A stretch of DNA of 64,000 nt, from contig ML996699.1 of assembly GCA_010356995.1 (NCBI GenBank), positions 216,323-280,322 on the forward strand, in the 5' to 3' direction. The first letter of the stretch is position 1. Each line of letters begins with the position of its first letter. A program made the position numbers and the translations under genes. Positions 23,334 to 37,308 of this stretch are shown in pieces. The notes beneath the pieces are model-generated. The model ran no database searches. It was not told where the DNA came from and was given only the letters and a program-made list of their open reading frames with translations. This DNA is from Trichodelitschia bisporula (lineage: Eukaryota).

Positions 23334-23418
23334 CTGCTGGTATTAAGTATTGGCGGTGGTGAGGGATCCGGATCCTGCTGGTATTAAGTACTGGCGGTGG
23401 TGAGGGATCTGGATCCTG
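23334..23418 (+). repeat. 41-bp tandem duplication just upstream of the KH-CVNH gene
   Basis: ctgctggtattaagtaYtggcggtggtgagggatcYggatc at 23334-23374 and 23375-23415, with 2 mismatches. Confidence 0.92.
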
Positions 23419-23566
23419 ACTTGGCGGGGTGGGCGTTAGGCTGACGCGTGTGGACCCTTGGACCACGGGGCGGTGCGGGGTTGGGGCTGTGTCGGTGTAA
23501 GGTTGAACCCCATGAAGTGGTACAGTATGACAGGTACAACAACCGGACTCCGGTCCATCTCGACTT

Positions 23567-26500
23567 CTATTCATGTTTGTTCTTCGCACTATCCTGCGAA
23601 GTAGATTGCATGATTGTCGATACCGTATCATCCCTCGACGGCTCTAAGATGCCGCCGGTGATGTGGAACGAAAAGTCGAGCTCGCCAACCAATTCTTTAA
23701 CATTTCTACCTTGCTCAGTTTCATCCAGTTTCCAGGACGCGAAACCTACGTGAGTAAGACCTCAAGGTCGGAAATGATAGACTGCGTCGAAATCTGGGTC
23801 ACTGCAAAGGCAGCGTACCCGGGCTCATGAATGTGCCGCACGCTCAAGATGTCGCGGTCTAAAGCCTCCATCTTCGATGTGAGCCCATACGGCGCCGGCG
23901 CGCGGAGATATGGCGGAAGTGGTTGGGCGCTGATGATGCTGGAGGAGAGAATGGAGAGGAGGGAGGTGATTTCATGAGAGGTAGGACGAACGGAAGACAT
24001 GACTCCCTGGAAGTCGCGGCACCACTGTGACTTGCGGAACTCTGCAGATGCCAGGAAAGTGCTGGAGGAGTAGCCCATGAGAGTCGTGTAGCTTGCAATG
24101 CTGTCAAGAAGTCAGCTCTGTCCGCCTGCAGACCCGATGTACATACTTTTCTGCTGCGGTGATGATGGCGTCATATCTTGCCTTAGGAAATTTACCACCT
24201 AGCATCAGCTCCCATTTTGTCATCTGAGAATACATCTTCAGGCGAGAGATGAGGATCATCACTTTAGAATAGACCTTAAGTCGGGCCGCGTCCAGGGGCC
24301 TGAGGGAATTGTTCTCCGGGTCCTCCAGAATCAACTCGGCCGTATCCTGTTGAATTCTCGACTGAATGGTTTCATGGATTATCGAATAGTAGCTTGCCAG
24401 GAGGTAAAGCGTTGCTCCTACGTCCTTTCGCAGCTGCGAGTGCTCAGTGATGGGGTAAGGCAGCATCGTCCAGATGAAGGCAACGAAGAGACCGCCAGCC
24501 ACCGTGGCAAGGCGGAAGACCCCAATCAGCGTGATCGAGAAATACTTCTGGCCGTTGGCAGTTATCGCAGCAACGCCAATCTTCCTGACTTCCAGTTCGT
24601 ACCCGATGATCAAGACGCTAGTCACGATGGATACCATACCGACGCTGACGAGCTGCGGCATTTTCAGCAGTACGTATATTGCAAGGCTGACAAAAAACCA
24701 AAGGAAGACGAGGATGCCAGCTGTTTGCCCATCTGGGATGTAGTAGATCAGGAACGAAGCGAGCATGGCGATGACGGTTCCGATGACCCGGAGGACGTAA
24801 CTGAAGAGACTCTGCCCAGCGGTTGGTGCCATTGAAATTGCCACCATAATCATGGACCAGAGGAGACGATTTTCAAGGAAGAAAGTCTGCGTGTCATGCA
24901 GGTATGAGATGATCCCAATGGAAAGCGTGGCCAGGGCAACCCGAAAGCCAAATGCGGACTCCGAAGACCGCAAGCCCGCCGCGAGGGCACGGAGGAATTC
25001 TCCTATCCGTTCGACTATGTTTTGAGGTGGAAGGTGTTCCGGATCCCGACGGGCGGAGTATGCTTGTCCCATGGCAACTACTTTGTCGGACTCGCGAAAG
25101 CGCTCGTCATAGCTATCGCCATCGTCCCGAGAGTAAAACGTGCTGATTATCCATTTCCGGAGGCGCTTTGCTCCCGGTAAGATGAGGTGGCTTCGCGAAA
25201 GCTTTCCACTATCCATGAGGCCGTCGGCGAAATGAACCATATCAAGAACGGCCAGTCCAGTTTTGAACATGAGGTACTCCAACTGGAGATGTCAGCAAGA
25301 GTACCAGAACTTAGCATCCACACTCACGTATAGGAGGACATAAAGCTGTCGCTGGTGGCGCTCCGGCCCATGCGTGAACCAGGTGATGTCAAAGTTGTCG
25401 ATACCGAACCGAGGCTCGTTCTCATAGACCTCCTCTTCCACCTTCAAGCCCCTGCGCTGGCACCATTCATCAAGTGCAACGTTTTGGTCCTCCTTGAATT
25501 GCTTGATGATCTGATCCATGTACGCCGCAAATCCAGTATCTCCGGGCCTCGTCACATCTCCCTCAGCCTCAACGTCTGACTTCCGAGGCCGTGGAAGCAT
25601 TGAAAACTGCAGCATGATGTGCTCTAAGCCTTCCTGCACGGCCTCAGTGATGGCCGTAAAAGAGTTGTGAAGGAGCTTCATATTGTCGGACCACTCCGTG
25701 GTAAGCCGCCGTCTCTTTTCTTCCTCGACTGGATCTAAGCCCTCCTCAACATTATGCTCCGTCCAGTCATTCGCTGCAGCGATCCTTTGGAAGATGTCCG
25801 TCACGGCACCCAACCCCAGAACCGGAATCATGATCTGGCGGGTCAATTTGTTCATTTCTTTGAGATCGTCAGGGCCCAGCCTGCCCCAGGCAATCTCACG
25901 CTTTGCGAACGGCAAATCGCCTTGGAGCTTGCTGTGCAAACCCATCATGGCGCCGACGGCAGCTTTGACGGCTTTAGCTTCTGGGTGCAGGCTGCTTCCC
26001 CTGTCATCGACTGTGATGTTCTTGGTGAAATCGCTCGGCTTTTCGAGACTTTGTAGGTACGATCTTTGGGTCTCGACGCATTCCTGTAACGATTTCAGGA
26101 ACCCCGAAAATTCCATCATCACGATCTTGCGGGAGCTCGTCGGGAATACGACGAAATGGACTCCGGTGGCGATGGCGAAGCCAGTGAGGAAGCAGTAGAG
26201 AATCTTCAGGATGAACCGAATCCCAGCGGTCATGTCCTGTAGCAGGGAGGAATAGATGCTGATGACGATGACGAAAATGGAATAGATGATGGCAGGTACA
26301 ACGAGTTGCGGACTGCGAGCTCGGAGGGAATTGATGACATAGACCTGCATGAACATCCAGATTCCAGACACTGCTGAAGCAGACGAGTTGTACGTCGTGA
26401 ATCCCGTTGCCGTTCGGGGGGGTGGTGGTTCACCTGAATGCTTCCGCGCCTGCGTCACGCAGTAGACAGAGAGCAGCCCAACGGCCGCCGCTAGACATGC

Positions 26501-26955
26501 AGTGAAAGCGCTGAGCAGAGTGTTCTGGACAAATTTCGCTCGTGGTTGGACACACATAGCGATGACGGAGATGATGGCGACTAAGTATCCGAAATTGCCA
26601 TAAAACTGCGCAACTGTAGTCGATTGATACCTTGAATGATAAGTCCAAGTTTGGCAGAAGATCTCAGAGTAGCACTTACATTGCTAGGGCAATGGTTGGT
26701 GGTACGCCTCCCCTACGGCTATCAGAAGAGTTCGGTAACAAGTTAAATCGTCACTTACTTGGCCATGAGAAGTAGCAAAGGAACACTGAGACCCAAACCA
26801 TTCCAGATGGCCGTCGCCTTTTTGGTGATCACATTATCCAAACGCTTTTTCACTGATGGCTTTGTCCGACTTCTGGTCAAGGTGATATTCTGGCCAATGC
26901 CCAATGGAACATCGGCCGCCAGGGAAGGAACCTGGTGAAGAGGATCCGAAGCCAT
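23567..26955 (-). CDS. Polytopic membrane protein, ArAE/FUSC-like fungal family (aromatic acid exporter-like), 6 exons
   Basis: Two hydrophobic blocks. Motifs PRAKFVQN, FAKREIAWGRL, RRDPEHLPPQN, SAFGFRVALAT, RLLWSMIMVAISM, IIGYELEVRKIG, PYPITEHSQLRKD, GGKFPKARY, LPPYLRAP, VKELVGELDFSF. Confidence 0.82.
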
Positions 26956-27563
26956 TGTTTACATGCGTGGTGGGGGGAGAGCAGGTGGATTACTTTGCAC
27001 TGCGATCAAAAAATGCAGAGAGGTTCGATCTTCTATTGTTTTCCGCTTTGCCTTGTTGTTGCGTGGGGAAGACTCATCTTGCAGCGTTGCTTTGCAGCTT
27101 GCACTCGCCGCCACATTTACCGAGGTGGTGGTTGGTACCTGTGCTGTTCGATTATTGGTGCGCTTTTGAGCGAAACGTCATGGAACCTAGCGGGAGGGGG
27201 CAGAGGGCAACGGGATGCATGGCTTAGTGAGACGAAAGTCATGCCGGGTTTCAGGGCGTCGCCGCTGACTGAGAAGGGACGAGAATGGACAAGAAATGCG
27301 GAGTCGCCGGACCGCCGAACGTTTGATGCGAGTCAACAAAAACACATCCCACTTGGCATCCAGGAACAAAGGAAGTGTTCCGAGAGCTAGGACACCCAAC
27401 AAGGGTAGAGTACATTCCAGCTGAATTTCTCGGTAACTCTTAAGGGCGGAGTCTCGTCCGTCAGCACACCCGAGAACCAAACCCTGTTAGCAATATACCG
27501 TAGAACGCAGAGCGCTAAGACCACTATAAAATTGCACCGCCACGTTCGAATCCATATCAGTCA

Positions 27564-29026
27564 TCATTCATCCCATCCCTCTGCATTATTCCATCCCTCC
27601 TCTGCGCTCAGAATGCCGACCGGCGGCCCAGAAACCGCTTCCTCTTTGCTCTCCTCATGGTTCACAATGATGAAGCTCGTGAGCACGATCGCCGCTCCAA
27701 GCCAGTATAACGCTGTCACGTACTGCCCATGGATGATCATCTGCCCTATCAAGGACAGTGGAATCGACATACTGAGCCCCACAGTTGTAACAAGAGGCGA
27801 CGTCAAAAGGGCTGCATATGCCCAGCAGAAGTCCGATAAGAGGGAGCTCAATGCGTTCACCTATCAACATTAGCTCAACGGCCATTTAACGAGAGCCTGG
27901 GACTTGCCAGTATGATGGTCAAGACGCGCCCCTTTGGAGGGAGCTCGAAGGGCTCAATTCCCGTCCAGTTCAAGATGAAGAAACCTGGCCACAAGAGCAG
28001 CATATTGAGGAGGCCCACGAAGCCAAAGAACAGCGGCATGTTCACGCGTCTTTCATCTCCGATCTTCTTCTTCATGATGACGATGTACAATCCGTAAAGG
28101 ATAGCACTGAATAGCGCCTGCACATCGCCTGTCGCAATTTCCTTTGGCGACTTGTGCGGGAACGTGCCTCTGTTTCCGTCGTTCTTGCCTGTGATATCAA
28201 CAGAAGAAACGAGTATGATGCCTAAGACGGATGCCAGCACCCCAAGCAGCTTTCTCACAGTAAACTTCTCAACATGGAGCAGCGTTCCAACAACCAATGT
28301 CCATATGCTACTCGTAGACGTGAGGATCGTTGTACTTGCGACCGTGGTATATTCGAGACAAGCCGAGGACATGTAATTCGCTGCAAACCACAGGATGGAG
28401 AAGTGCAGGCTGAGAAGGAGCGTTCCCGACGGACTCAACTTGCTGTCGCCCGTTCGTAGTCCGCTCCGCATTGACAAGCCTGACCCCGCGAGGGGATCTA
28501 GCGCATCGAAATCGTCGTCCGAGGCAGACGATTCCCCATGGTCCAGTATTCCTTCTCGCAGCTGCTCATCGTCCGGCTTGATAAATGCCTCGCGCTCGCT
28601 CTCGCGCCCACAAGAATCGCAGCGAAAGAGGTTCCTGAGGCTCTGCATCGGGGACTCGAAGTCGGAGGGCCGTAGCCAGTACTGTCGGAGCAGCATGGGA
28701 CCCAGAGGAAGTATAAAGAAGCAAGAGTTGACATAGGTGACAAAGTATGGCTTCGAGTAGGTATTGTCCGCGAAGATGGTCTGCAAGCGTGAGATGCGGG
28801 AGCAACATCAACATTAGAAACGTACGCTCGCGAGGAAGTTCGACAGTGTCCAAAGGCACACAACCATGGCCAACGCACATATACCCAATGTGTGCCTCCA
28901 TCGGCTGTCCCACGATCTCTTCGTCGACATGTTGCTGCTCCAGCTTCGTCGCGATCGGACTGAATGCTGTCTTGCGCCGTACGAGCGCTGCGATGCGTCG
29001 CTAGGGAAAGAATCTCGGTGGGGCAT
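27564..29026 (-). CDS. EamA/DMT-family transporter (yeast YML018C/Thi74, SLC35F5-like), 3 exons
   Basis: IFADNTYSKPYFVTYVN, LWFAANY, YTTVASTTILTSTSSIWTL, LFFGFVGLLN, SDFCWAYAALLTSPLVTTVGLSMSIPLSL. The second intron is GC-AG. Confidence 0.9.
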
Positions 29027-29507
29027 CGTTTGCGGGGTTACATAGGCAATTTCGCGATGACAGTGGCATTGAACACGTAACAGCACGGCACGACGGGAAG
29101 GTCTCAAGGGTTATGTCGGTTTGGAGAGCCGTAGGCAACAATATTCGTATCATGGTGGTCGCTCAAGTCCGAGCGCCTACTGCCCCGCCGGGATGAGACG
29201 CCGCATCCCTGCAATGGGAAGCACGAGATGATAACATTGTGGCTGGTGACGCAACTCAACGGCTTCAAGTTTGATCGAATAAGCTAGTATGCACATGGAG
29301 CGCTTCCACAAGAACCCAAAAGGCATGACCTCAAAAATGAGACTTGTGATGCTTATAAGACAAAACGAGCAGTACCAAGTACATGGCAACCAACATAGAT
29401 AGCATGAATCAAAGCAAACCGTGGTTTCTTCCTCTGTGCTACACCGGACGCCCAAACAACCAGGATAGCTCGCACATCTGGCTGCTATCCAACACCCAAA
29501 GACATAA

Positions 29508-30487
<980 letters not shown>

Positions 30488-30792
30488 CGCTGCTGTTTTG
30501 TGCTTGACAAACGTTCAGAGAGGATCTAGAGTGTAGTGCTCTGCAGGAGATTGGAGAACAAGCACCACAGGGGAGCTGTTGAGACCGATGTCATTGCATG
30601 AGCTTTGGGCTAGGCGCCAACAGGCAGGAGCACGTGCCCACCCATAACGCCTTTTGTTTCTCTTTGGCACAGCACATGAATGTGATTGGTCGATAAGGAC
30701 TGCGTAGCCTCGTGGTCTTCGATGCTTCATTGTCTACGGAATGAACGCCGCGCTACATCAACACTCCAGTAAGGGCTATCCAGAAAGACACT

Positions 30793-32838
30793 TCATAATC
30801 CCTTGCCTAGAAGCTCCCGCTGTATCTCATGAATGGCCATATCACCAGCGCATAACGATTCCTTCGCTTCAACCGCCTTAAACGCCTCCAACGCCCGGCA
30901 TACGTCTAGCACTTCGCCTTCAACGGGCGCGCAGTACGCGAGCAAACCCAGCGCCAACACCAACCTCTTGATGATATCTTTGCTCTGCTTTTCTCGATTG
31001 ATCGCTTCGATAATGCCGGCTGCAATCTCGACCTGCTCGTGCTCGAGAAGGGCATCGTCCTGCTGCTTGATCCTAGCGTGATGATTCGCGGAGGCAAGGT
31101 TGAAGGCAAGAGTCGCTGCAGCCACCCGCACATTTTCGTGAGTTTCATCAAGTAAGCCCGTCGTTACGAGCTCGATCAGCTCTTTTCGGAGGTTCGGTAG
31201 TTCCAATGCTACGCGCCTTGACATTGGCGATGCAAATATGTTGCATGCGAGCTTTAGAGAGACGATTCGGAGAGAGTACGGCGCAGCAGGCTGAAAGCTG
31301 TTGACATGGTGCAGAACGGTATTGAGCGTCTTCGTTTCCGGTTCTTCGATGAAGAAAGAAGCCACGCGGGGGTCTGCAATAGCAAGCCGCAAGAGATCAA
31401 AAGCTGCAAAGAGCGAGTCTGGAGGCAGCTCATGAACGCTGGCCTGCAGGATGAGGCCAAACTTGGGTAGAGGCGGAAGTGGAGATTCTAGTCACTTTAG
31501 CCGACTTCCGGTGGGGGTACGGAAGACAGCCTACCTTGAGGAACTTTGTTATGAACTGCCGAGATGAAGTCCTTTACAGCCACGATTGTAGGGTCATGGG
31601 CGTAAGGGCCAAGTTTCGCAACCACCTTGTCGAGAGGCGGAACTTGGACATATTTGGCAGGAACAAGAGCCTCTCTCTGCAAATGTGGAACCCGCAAGAT
31701 CATATGGGGATGCGTGGGGTGAGCAGATTCTATCAGCAGCCTGACGCTTCCCCGTAACCGTGCCACGTCGGCACCGGACCACTTCTCTTCGACCTCGCCT
31801 TTGAGGAATGTCATGATGGTTGGCGTTGCTCTCACGCCGTACCTCGTGGCAATTTCCGGGGCGTTGTTGATATCGACTTTGATCAAAACAGCCCTGTGTT
31901 TAGCTTCCGCGGCGAGCTCGTCGTACGTTGGATACAGGACCTTGCAGGGGGCACATGTGGAGCTGGTGAAGAAGATGACTGCACAGGTGTGAGAGGCGGA
32001 CTGGAGCAGTCGGTCCAAAGCATCCAATGTTGTGACATTCTGGACACGGCCTTCAACCGGGATCTGTGGAACAGCCTGTGGCGGAACAGGGGCCTGTGTT
32101 ACTCCTCTCATGGCTTGATCTAACTGCGGCTTGAGCATCTGGCCGAAGGGAGTCTCCAAAACTCTTTGCGGAAGGGATGTTATATGGTCCGGAATTCCAC
32201 GGCCTACCAGGAACATGGCGAAGTCATTGGAGCTTTATGGTCAGTGACAGCCGGTGAAACGAAATGGACAGCAAAGGGCAAACGAAGCAACAGAAATGGC
32301 TACAGGGGAACCGGGGGTCACATACAAATTGTTGCAGTTGTGCATGAAGAGATCGTATGACTGGAGAGGTTAGCAAACGCATGGATTGGTAAAGGGCTAC
32401 TGACTTCAGCCGTGTAGATTCGTTTCAACGACTCCAGATACTCCAAGATAACTTCTATGGGAAGCTGCGTCTTTCCAAGATCAACGATCTCCATGGGCTG
32501 TCCATGATGGGTCGAGCCAGCGTAGGCAGTTTGAACACCAGCTCCGAAGAAATACTCCACACCTTCGAAGACTACAGCCGTGTGATATACGGCATCTGGG
32601 TGGCGGTTAGTCGCGGTAGCAACTGCGCAAGGCAAATGAGTTTCATGTACCAATGTGAGTACCGAGAAACTGCCTCGAGAACTTGAGGAGTCAATACCAG
32701 CAATCACACTGAGCTGATGCTATCTCCTACCTGTCTGGCAAGACCCTAGGTTGGTTAGCCTTTTGCTTTCCGGCGAAGCAGGCTGATGCTACTGGTACGT
32801 ACCTTCGAGAGATCATAAACGTAGAGCTTGACATCCAT
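30793..32838 (-). CDS. PPPDE (DeSI-type) peptidase, thioredoxin and PUL domain protein, 7 exons
   Basis: [17 protein letters not shown], catalytic His (DAVYHT) and Cys ([10 protein letters not shown]), thioredoxin motif TCAPC...ATPT, and a PUL-like helical C-terminus ([23 protein letters not shown]). Confidence 0.9.
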
Positions 32839-33431
32839 GGCGAATCACAAGGGAGCAACTGAGCAAGGGAATGGGCAATCTAGTAGAGTTCAATATGGGA
32901 AGTGGTGCGTGATTCTTATGTATTTCATGGGATCTTGACCTATTACGCGGCTGGCGGATGCCTGCTTACCGCTGCTATCGCATGCTAGTTGCAGTGACCG
33001 CGTGTGCAGCCCTGTGCCTGCGTTGACCCGTTTGTGGCGACATCAGCGGCGAAAGACCAGCCAAGAGCAGTTGGGCGGCGTCCCTAGCAAGACGAGCGTT
33101 AAAGGGGGCCGTGCACTCCCGTCCTGTCGTTCTCTGAGGAACAATTTGGCCCTTGGCTTGTCTGGCAGGAAAAAGGAGGGAAAGCGATGTTTAAACGTAG
33201 CATCAACAACAGTCTCCAATTGCTTGCTTGTTCGCCCTCCCTCTATCCTGAGACTGTGTCCCTTTGAAAACAGATAGCACACATTCAATTTGTCCTTCTG
33301 TCCTTGAAAGAGAAATCAAGCAACTAGCCTCCTTGCTTGGCCAAATAATGCTTCCTTCGTTGTCCTCAACATTGCCCCCCTCTTCGCCGTAGATAACTTT
33401 TCTCCTGCGCCCGCCGCGCCGCCAACGCCCC

Positions 33432-35279
33432 ATGCCGTCGAGCGCCGTCGACGTCCACCAGCGCTCTGGAATCTGGTCCTACTTCAACTTCAATTCCTCA
33501 CCTGCCACCACTAGGAACCGTCGCACGTCGTCCGTCTCCCTCCCCACTCGTAATCAGGCCTACCCCTTCGAGCGCAGCGACAGGCGCTCCGATACGGCCT
33601 CCTCTGCCTTCTCGCATGACGGCAAAACCGCGTGGATGAATCACGGACAGCGAGCCCGCTACCTCAAGGCCGGCGGCCTGATCGCCTTTGTCCTGCTCTT
33701 CTTTTTCTACTTTGCGCCCGGCGACCGCGTGGGTCAATACGTTGGTGGTTCGTGGGGTTGCCTTCGCTGTTTCTTCATCGCTAACGCTGCCAGACCATGC
33801 GCCCTCATTGCACTCCGGCGACCATGGCCACTCTCATGAACATACGCCTGTCGACCCCTCTGCCGATACAACAAAGTGTTCGAAGCCCTACCGTCCTCAC
33901 AAGCCCCTCGTACAGTATGCGCTCATGATCGACGCCGGCAGCACCGGCTCTCGCATCCACGTCTACAAGTTCAACAACTGCGGCCCGACCCCCGAACTCG
34001 AAGAAGAAATCTTCGAGCAAACTGCCAAGCGCGAGGGCGGCTCTGGCCTCAGTTCCTATAAGGAAGACGCCGAGGGCGCCGCGCGCAGTCTCGATCCCCT
34101 CATGGACGTCGCGGTCAAGAACGTCCCGAACAAATTCAAGTCCTGCACTCCCGTCGCCGTGAAAGCCACCGCCGGGCTCCGCAAGCTGGGCAAAGAAGCC
34201 AGCGAGCGCATCCTCGAGGCTGTGCGCCACCGCCTCGAAACTGCGTATCCCTTCCCCGTTGTTGCGGAGGACAAGGGCGGCGTCGAGGTCATGGACGGCA
34301 AGGACGAGGGCGTATACGCTTGGATCACGGCGAATTACCTCCTCGGCAAAATCGGGGGTCCCGACCACACGCCCACGGCAGCAGTGTTCGATCTCGGCGG
34401 CGGCTCGACGCAGATCGTGTTCGAGCCGACGTTCCCGATGCCTGGCGGGGGTATGCCCGAGACGCTGGCCGAGGGCGACCACAGGTACGAGCTCGACTTC
34501 GGAGGCCGCAAGTTCACTCTTTATCAGCACTCCTATCTGGGCTACGGCCTCATGGCAGCGAGGGAGAATCTGCACCGCGCGGTCGTCGAGGCCATGTACG
34601 AGAGCCACAAGGACGACAACAGCTGGCTCGAGCGCCCGGTCATGAATCCCTGCATTGCGCCGGGCATGAGCCGCGAAGTGACGGTCGAGATGTCCAAGGG
34701 CCATGCGCTGGGCGACAAGGTCAAGGTGCAAATGATGGGGCCGAAGGAGGGTGCGCCGGTGCAGTGCCGCGCGCTGGCGGAGCGCACGCTTAAGAAGGAT
34801 GCGGAGTGCACGTTGCACCCTTGCGCGTTTAATGGCGTGCACCAGCCGAGTCTGGATAAGACGTTTGCGCGCGAGGATGTTTACCTGTTCTCGTACTTTT
34901 ATGATCGTACTCAGCCGCTCGGTATGCCGGAGAGCTTCACGTTGCGCGAGTTGAAGGATCTGGCGGACCGGGTGTGCCATGGGGAGGGACATTGGGATGT
35001 GTTCCAGAGTGTGAATGGGGCGATGAAGGAGTTGCATGGACGGCCGGAGTGGTGTCTGGACCTTAACTTCATGCTGGCGCTGCTGCATACGGGGTATGAG
35101 ATGCCGATTGAGCGCGAGGTGAAGATTGCGAAGAAGATTAAGGGGAATGAGCTTGGGTGGTGTCTGGGTGCTAGGTATGTCTTAACACTGTTGAAGGGAT
35201 CACAGCTAACGTGCGAAGCTTGCCTCTGCTCAGCCAGGAATCAGGCTGGAAGTGTAAGATCAAGGAGATCACGAAGTAA
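33432..35279 (+). CDS. GDA1: Golgi guanosine diphosphatase (GDA1/CD39 apyrase family), 3 exons
   Basis: N-terminal type II TM anchor. Apyrase regions IDAGSTGSR, KATAGLR, DEGVYAWITANYLLG, DLGGGSTQ, GWCLGA. Introns at 33748-33793 and about 35175-35218. Confidence 0.95.
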
Positions 35280-35510
35280 TTCTGGTGGCATTGGATCGAA
35301 AAGGAGTTGGCGCATCGGGCTACGTAATCATGCATTCTTAGACGTCCATCGCATATGCTCTACCCGAGCCTTGAAGGTTCAGCGACTTGATGTCTCTATT
35401 AGATATTACGTATTATGTGGTGACGTAGCCGATACTCGGCGAGCCTGCGAGTTGGCAAAGGTTAGGGCGTTATGGGTATCGATAGCGGCTCGCTTCTGAT
35501 CCTTCATTCC

Positions 35511-36571
35511 CTAATCCTCCACCTCCTGAATCTGACCTGGCTTACGCTCGGCCTTCTTGCCCAACAGCTTGCCCATGACATCCTTTTCCTTGGGCTTATC
35601 GTCGTCTTCTTCTTCCTCGCTCTCGCTGTCACTGCTTTCCTTGTTTGGGTCCTTCTCCTCCAGCACACCAAGTCCGAGATTCTGTCCTCATTAGCGTCTG
35701 CAATATACGAAATAAGGCTCTCACAAACCAACTCAATGTACTGGTCCCCTTCATCCACATTCTCAATCACCCGCTCGTCCAACTTGCCCTCCTCGCGCGC
35801 CTTCTCGAGCTCTTCGTTCGCAGCCTTGAGCTGGGGAAGGAAGCCACGCAGCTGCTGCAGTAAAGGGGAAGGGCGTGCGGCGTCGGCGGTGATGGTCGGT
35901 TTAACACCGGGGCGGACGTTGGTGATAGTCTCTGGGGCATCATCATTGGCATCATCCTTGGCTTCATCGTCACGACCGTCGTCAACGTAGTCTTCATCGT
36001 CGTCGCTATAGTTATGAAAATCAACAATGGGCCAGGTTTCCCCAGTTGGGCCGACATAGTGGGCCTCTGCAGGGGGCCCATCGGGCACGTAGTCGCCGTC
36101 TTCGTTCCTGTGCCACCCTTCAAGAGATGGATTCGCGTCTTCTAAGTGGGAGTGCATCCCGGGGTAGTCTTGGGTGAGTATCCTGTCCCACCCGGTTGTT
36201 GAGTCCTCAGACTCGTAGTCGGAGTCGGCCTCGGGGTCGGAGTCGATCTCGGAGCAGGCGTGGGCCATATTGTTGTATGCCTCATCATCCATTTGGCTCT
36301 CCCTCTCGTAATCCGAGTTGTCGGCCTCGGACTCGGGCTCGGATGCAGTCTCTGCGATATCCTTCTCGGGCGGCGAGGGTACCTCTGTGTCTTGCGGGGC
36401 GGGATCGGACTTGCCAGTCTTGTTGCTCGAGGTCTTGTTGCCGGTCTCGCTGCCGGGAGCTTCGTTGCTTGGAGCCTTGTTGCTGGGAGTAGGGTTGGCT
36501 TTGGGGCGGACGGAGCGCGTAGGCTTGATTTCGGACTCATCTTCAGAGCGGATACGCTTTTCGGCTGCCAT
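35511..36571 (-). CDS. DUF4598/NOPCHAP1 (C12orf45)-like acidic protein, 2 exons
   Basis: C-terminal LLQQLRGFLPQLKAANEEL...YIEL/NLGLGVLEEK after removing intron 35684-35728; long acidic low-complexity N-terminus. Confidence 0.75.
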
Positions 36572-37308
36572 TTTTCCAGAATTGAAGTTGGCGCTGAAGG
36601 GATTCAGGATAGAATAGTTGGATGACGTGATGGACGCGTTGCGGATGGTGGAGGTTTGCGAGGCTGGGAATCTTTTTGGCGGTGGGAGGGGGCAGAATAG
36701 TGAGCGCTAGGCGCCACGGCGCCAAGTGCTCAGGTGTGGCTCATGTGGCTGATGCAAATGAATGCCGTCTGATTGGTAGATGTGGATGAGGTGGGGTGAG
36801 GACGGGCGGCTGAGCGAGGCACAGCGAAGAACGGCGAGAGACAAGAGAAGGCGGGACAAGGGAGGGGAAGCGGAGGCGAGTGGAGTTGCTGCAGGACAAG
36901 CCAGGGCGATGCTGCGGCCGCTCTCGTAGCCGCCCTTAGGTAATGCTACGGTAGTACCTCCACAGCTTCTCAGCTGAGAAGCTCCTGTACCTGTTCTCCC
37001 TTGAATCTCTACAACCCTCTTCGCCCTCCCCTCTGAAACGCCCCGCATCCCGTTGCCTCCTCCGTCTAGCCTTTCGAGCAGCTCGTATACCTACCTGCCC
37101 GCCGTCGAATCAGACCGGCGACTCCGGAAACACCAACACCACTCCAATACACACCTGCATGGTCGCTGAAGTTTAAGTCAGGCCGGCCCCCAAAGACACG
37201 CCGTCTACCTTCACCTCGCCTCTCCTCCCGTCTCCTTCCAGCTTCAAAGCCACCGCGATCATCATTTCAACCCCGCTCATCCAGCTCCCTCCCAACCCCA
37301 CCACCACT

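Noticed and set aside
23334..23418. Short direct repeats (also 6767-6805 and 14291-14328) as possible CRISPR-like arrays
   Set aside because: They are adjacent tandem copies without unique spacers, in a fungal genome with no cas genes in the window.
33805..35088. 427-aa antisense ORF inside GDA1 (also 43185-43961 in PRM10, 50746-51606 in PSD2 and 8582-9112 in panB)
   Set aside because: These are shadow ORFs caused by GC-rich codon bias of the real genes, with no recognisable domains.
35175..35499. Apparent long C-terminal extension of GDA1 in the 603-aa ORF
   Set aside because: It reads through an intron (GTATGT...GCTAAC...AAG). Splicing gives the normal end SLPLLSQESGWKCKIKEITK* at 35279.
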